A stretch of 64,000 nucleotides of DNA, from the sequence record OZ035800.1. The stretch is one strand, 5' to 3'. The position numbers and the translations under genes are program-made. The stretch is from Felixounavirus LF82P5. Below, piece after piece: positions 62,677-64,000 of this stretch (its first letter is position 1; each line of letters begins with the position of its first letter). Below the pieces are notes generated by a model. The model was not told the DNA's origin and ran no database searches. It was given only the letters and a program-made list of their open reading frames with translations.

Positions 62677-63411
62677 ATGAAAGAGATGACAGAACAAGGT
62701 AAGGAGATTTTTAATCTCTTAAAAACCGGTAGAGGGTTTTCTAATCCCCTTATTACTGGTGCAGCAGTTCTCGGTGGAACCGTAGCTGCCTCTACATCAC
62801 TTGTAAGCTCTATTAGCTCTGTATCAGACCCTACAGTAAAGGATAAGCTTGTTGCTGCTGGACTTACAACAGTTCTGCTTAACAGCTTTACCACGAGTCT
62901 GACAAGCACTACATCAACTACCAAAACACTAACAGATTACGGTCAAAAGTCCATTGATGAGTTTTCATCACGTATGCAGGTAGCAAAAGGTTACTCTAAT
63001 GTTATGGGTGCAGCAGGTGAACAAGTTGGCTGTACACCATTTAGTGGTATTATGGGTGTTGCTACAGAGTATGGTCAAAAAGCTATTGACACGATTAACA
63101 GTACACTAGATAGTGTTAACGATGTGTTAAGTGACTTACAAGATGCTATTGATAAGGGTCTTGATACTGTTTCTGATTTAGCTAACCAAGCTGTTAGTAA
63201 GATTAATGAAGGTATCTCAAAGATTACAGCTTATGCAGATGAAGTTGTGCAGATGATTGAAGAAGAAGCTGCCCTTATTGCAGAGTACCTTAAAACGAAT
63301 ATCAATGGGTTCTTAGCAGGTATCTTACCAGACTGGTTTGATGATGCCTGTAAAACTGGTGTAATTGACACTATTGCAACACCAGAAATGAAGAGCGCAT
63401 TACAGAAATAA
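62677..63411 (+). CDS. Ser/Thr-rich protein of unknown function
   Basis: Track ORF begins with GTG inside tRNA-Phe; start moved to ATG 62677 with AAAGG Shine-Dalgarno. Confidence 0.45.
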   Translation: MKEMTEQGKEIFNLLKTGRGFSNPLITGAAVLGGTVAASTSLVSSISSVSDPTVKDKLVAAGLTTVLLNSFTTSLTSTTSTTKTLTDYGQKSIDEFSSRMQVAKGYSNVMGAAGEQVGCTPFSGIMGVATEYGQKAIDTINSTLDSVNDVLSDLQDAIDKGLDTVSDLANQAVSKINEGISKITAYADEVVQMIEEEAALIAEYLKTNINGFLAGILPDWFDDACKTGVIDTIATPEMKSALQK

Positions 63412-63412
63412 T

Positions 63413-63505
63413 GGAAGATTAACCCTAAAAGGTAAGGGAGCAGTTTGCTAAACTGCCAGTAGCTGAGAAATCGGTGTACCAGTTCAAGTCTGGTATCTTC
63501 CTCCA
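63413..63505 (+). tRNA. tRNA-Ser (anticodon GCT), long variable arm
   Basis: Perfect acceptor GGAAGAT/ATCTTCC, anticodon stem GCAGT/ACTGC, loop TTGCTAA, 20-nt variable arm, T-arm ACCAG-TTCAAGT-CTGGT, CCA. Confidence 0.65.
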
Positions 63506-63509
63506 ATTT

Positions 63510-63585
63510 GAATCCGTGACAGAAATGGATATGTACCTGTCTGCAAAACAGGTTTATAAGGGTTCGAGTCCCTTCGGATTCTCCA
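63510..63585 (+). tRNA. tRNA-Cys (anticodon GCA)
   Basis: Perfect acceptor GAATCCG/CGGATTC, anticodon stem CCTGT/ACAGG, loop CTGCAAA, T-arm AAGGG-TTCGAGT-CCCTT, CCA. Confidence 0.65.
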
Positions 63586-63621
63586 AGTTATTTTACTCTC
63601 TCTCAATTAAAATAATAATAA

Positions 63622-63681
63622 TGCCCTGCTATAAGTATTCTTCCTTTCGCTACCGAAGAGTATTTTTAGACAGGGCTTTTT
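63622..63681 (+). terminator. large hairpin terminator closing the tRNA array
   Basis: GCCCTG...CAGGGC stem enclosing an imperfect inner hairpin, followed by TTTTTT. Confidence 0.5.
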
Positions 63682-63807
63682 TACAGAGTTATACTTTATA
63701 GGAAGACTTATACAGTATGTCTCTGACGTACATTGTGGTTTCTCCTTGACGGTCTCTGTGCCGTCTTTTTTAAGGGGAAACATGGTTAATTATTTGGAGA
63801 AAACATA

Positions 63808-64000
63808 ATGAGCGAGACCGTTTACAAAGAACTTTATGAAGCTAATAAAAAGCTAGAATTTATGCAGAACACTATCATGGCAATTGCAGATAGATTATCT
63901 GTAGCAACAGGTATTGATATTAAAGAAGCATCTATGGATGCACTTCTTGATGCTGTTGATGAAAAGTTCGAAGTTAAGAAAGAAGAGACTGCTACAGACT
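63808..64000 (+). CDS. hypothetical protein (3' end outside the window)
   Basis: ATG with GGAGA Shine-Dalgarno; frame open to the window end (MSETVYKELYEANKK...). Confidence 0.4.
   Translation, partial: MSETVYKELYEANKKLEFMQNTIMAIADRLSVATGIDIKEASMDALLDAVDEKFEVKKEETATD

Noticed and set aside
58313-63506. Track ORFs overlapping tRNA genes (58313..58564, 58479..58718, 59047..59304, 59440..59694, 62664..62924, 63231..63506)
   Set aside because: Each is antisense to or overlaps well-formed tRNA cloverleaves, starts with TTG (CAA on the plus strand) and encodes peptides that mirror tRNA T-arm sequences; these are artefacts

Overview
This window reads as a contiguous segment of a large virulent dsDNA phage genome (about 39% GC, no host genes, no integrase), and by gene content it most resembles Felix O1-like (Ounavirinae) phages; that assignment is an inference from memory, not a search. 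Every protein call below comes from motifs I could see in the supplied translations; no database search, tRNAscan or folding program was run. Feature coordinates that were counted by hand (tRNAs, hairpins, promoters, repeats) can be off by 1-3 nt; CDS coordinates follow the supplied ORF track, with a few start codons moved to an ATG that has a Shine-Dalgarno sequence. Contents, left to right: (1) the 3' end of a tail-fibre gene with HxH repeats; (2) a minus-strand block with thymidylate synthase, DHFR, an HTH protein, ATP-dependent DNA ligase, an HNH-AP2 homing endonuclease and a family A DNA polymerase; (3) a plus-strand early block with dNMP kinase, T7 gp4-like primase-helicase, SSB, T7 gp6-like exonuclease, a second HNH-AP2 endonuclease, aerobic and anaerobic ribonucleotide reductases (nrdA, nrdB, nrdH-like, nrdD, nrdG), an NAD salvage pair (prs, nadV-like), rIIA/rIIB-like proteins, a secreted lytic transglycosylase, an overlapping spanin-like pair and a macro-domain protein; (4) a 500-bp non-coding region with four 22-bp iteron-like repeats and a polypyrimidine tract; (5) a cassette array of small ORFs, most preceded by the same promoter, 5' hairpin and RBS module; (6) a 1.6-kb repeat-dense region with no ORF of 60 codons or more; (7) a minus-strand block of small unknown genes ending with a T4-lysozyme-like endolysin and Ig-like repeat proteins; (8) a vWA-domain protein, possibly Ro60/TROVE-like, directly upstream of (9) an array of about 26 tRNA genes with three HNH or membrane-protein genes embedded. 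The best candidate for an undescribed system is in (8)-(9): four non-tRNA elements inside the tRNA array are each closed by a long-range stem that shows compensatory base changes between copies, and one of them carries a circularly permuted tRNA-like module (T-arm, capped acceptor helix, D-arm). Together with the adjacent vWA protein this looks like a phage Ro60-like protein with Y-RNA-like RNAs, but that is a hypothesis.
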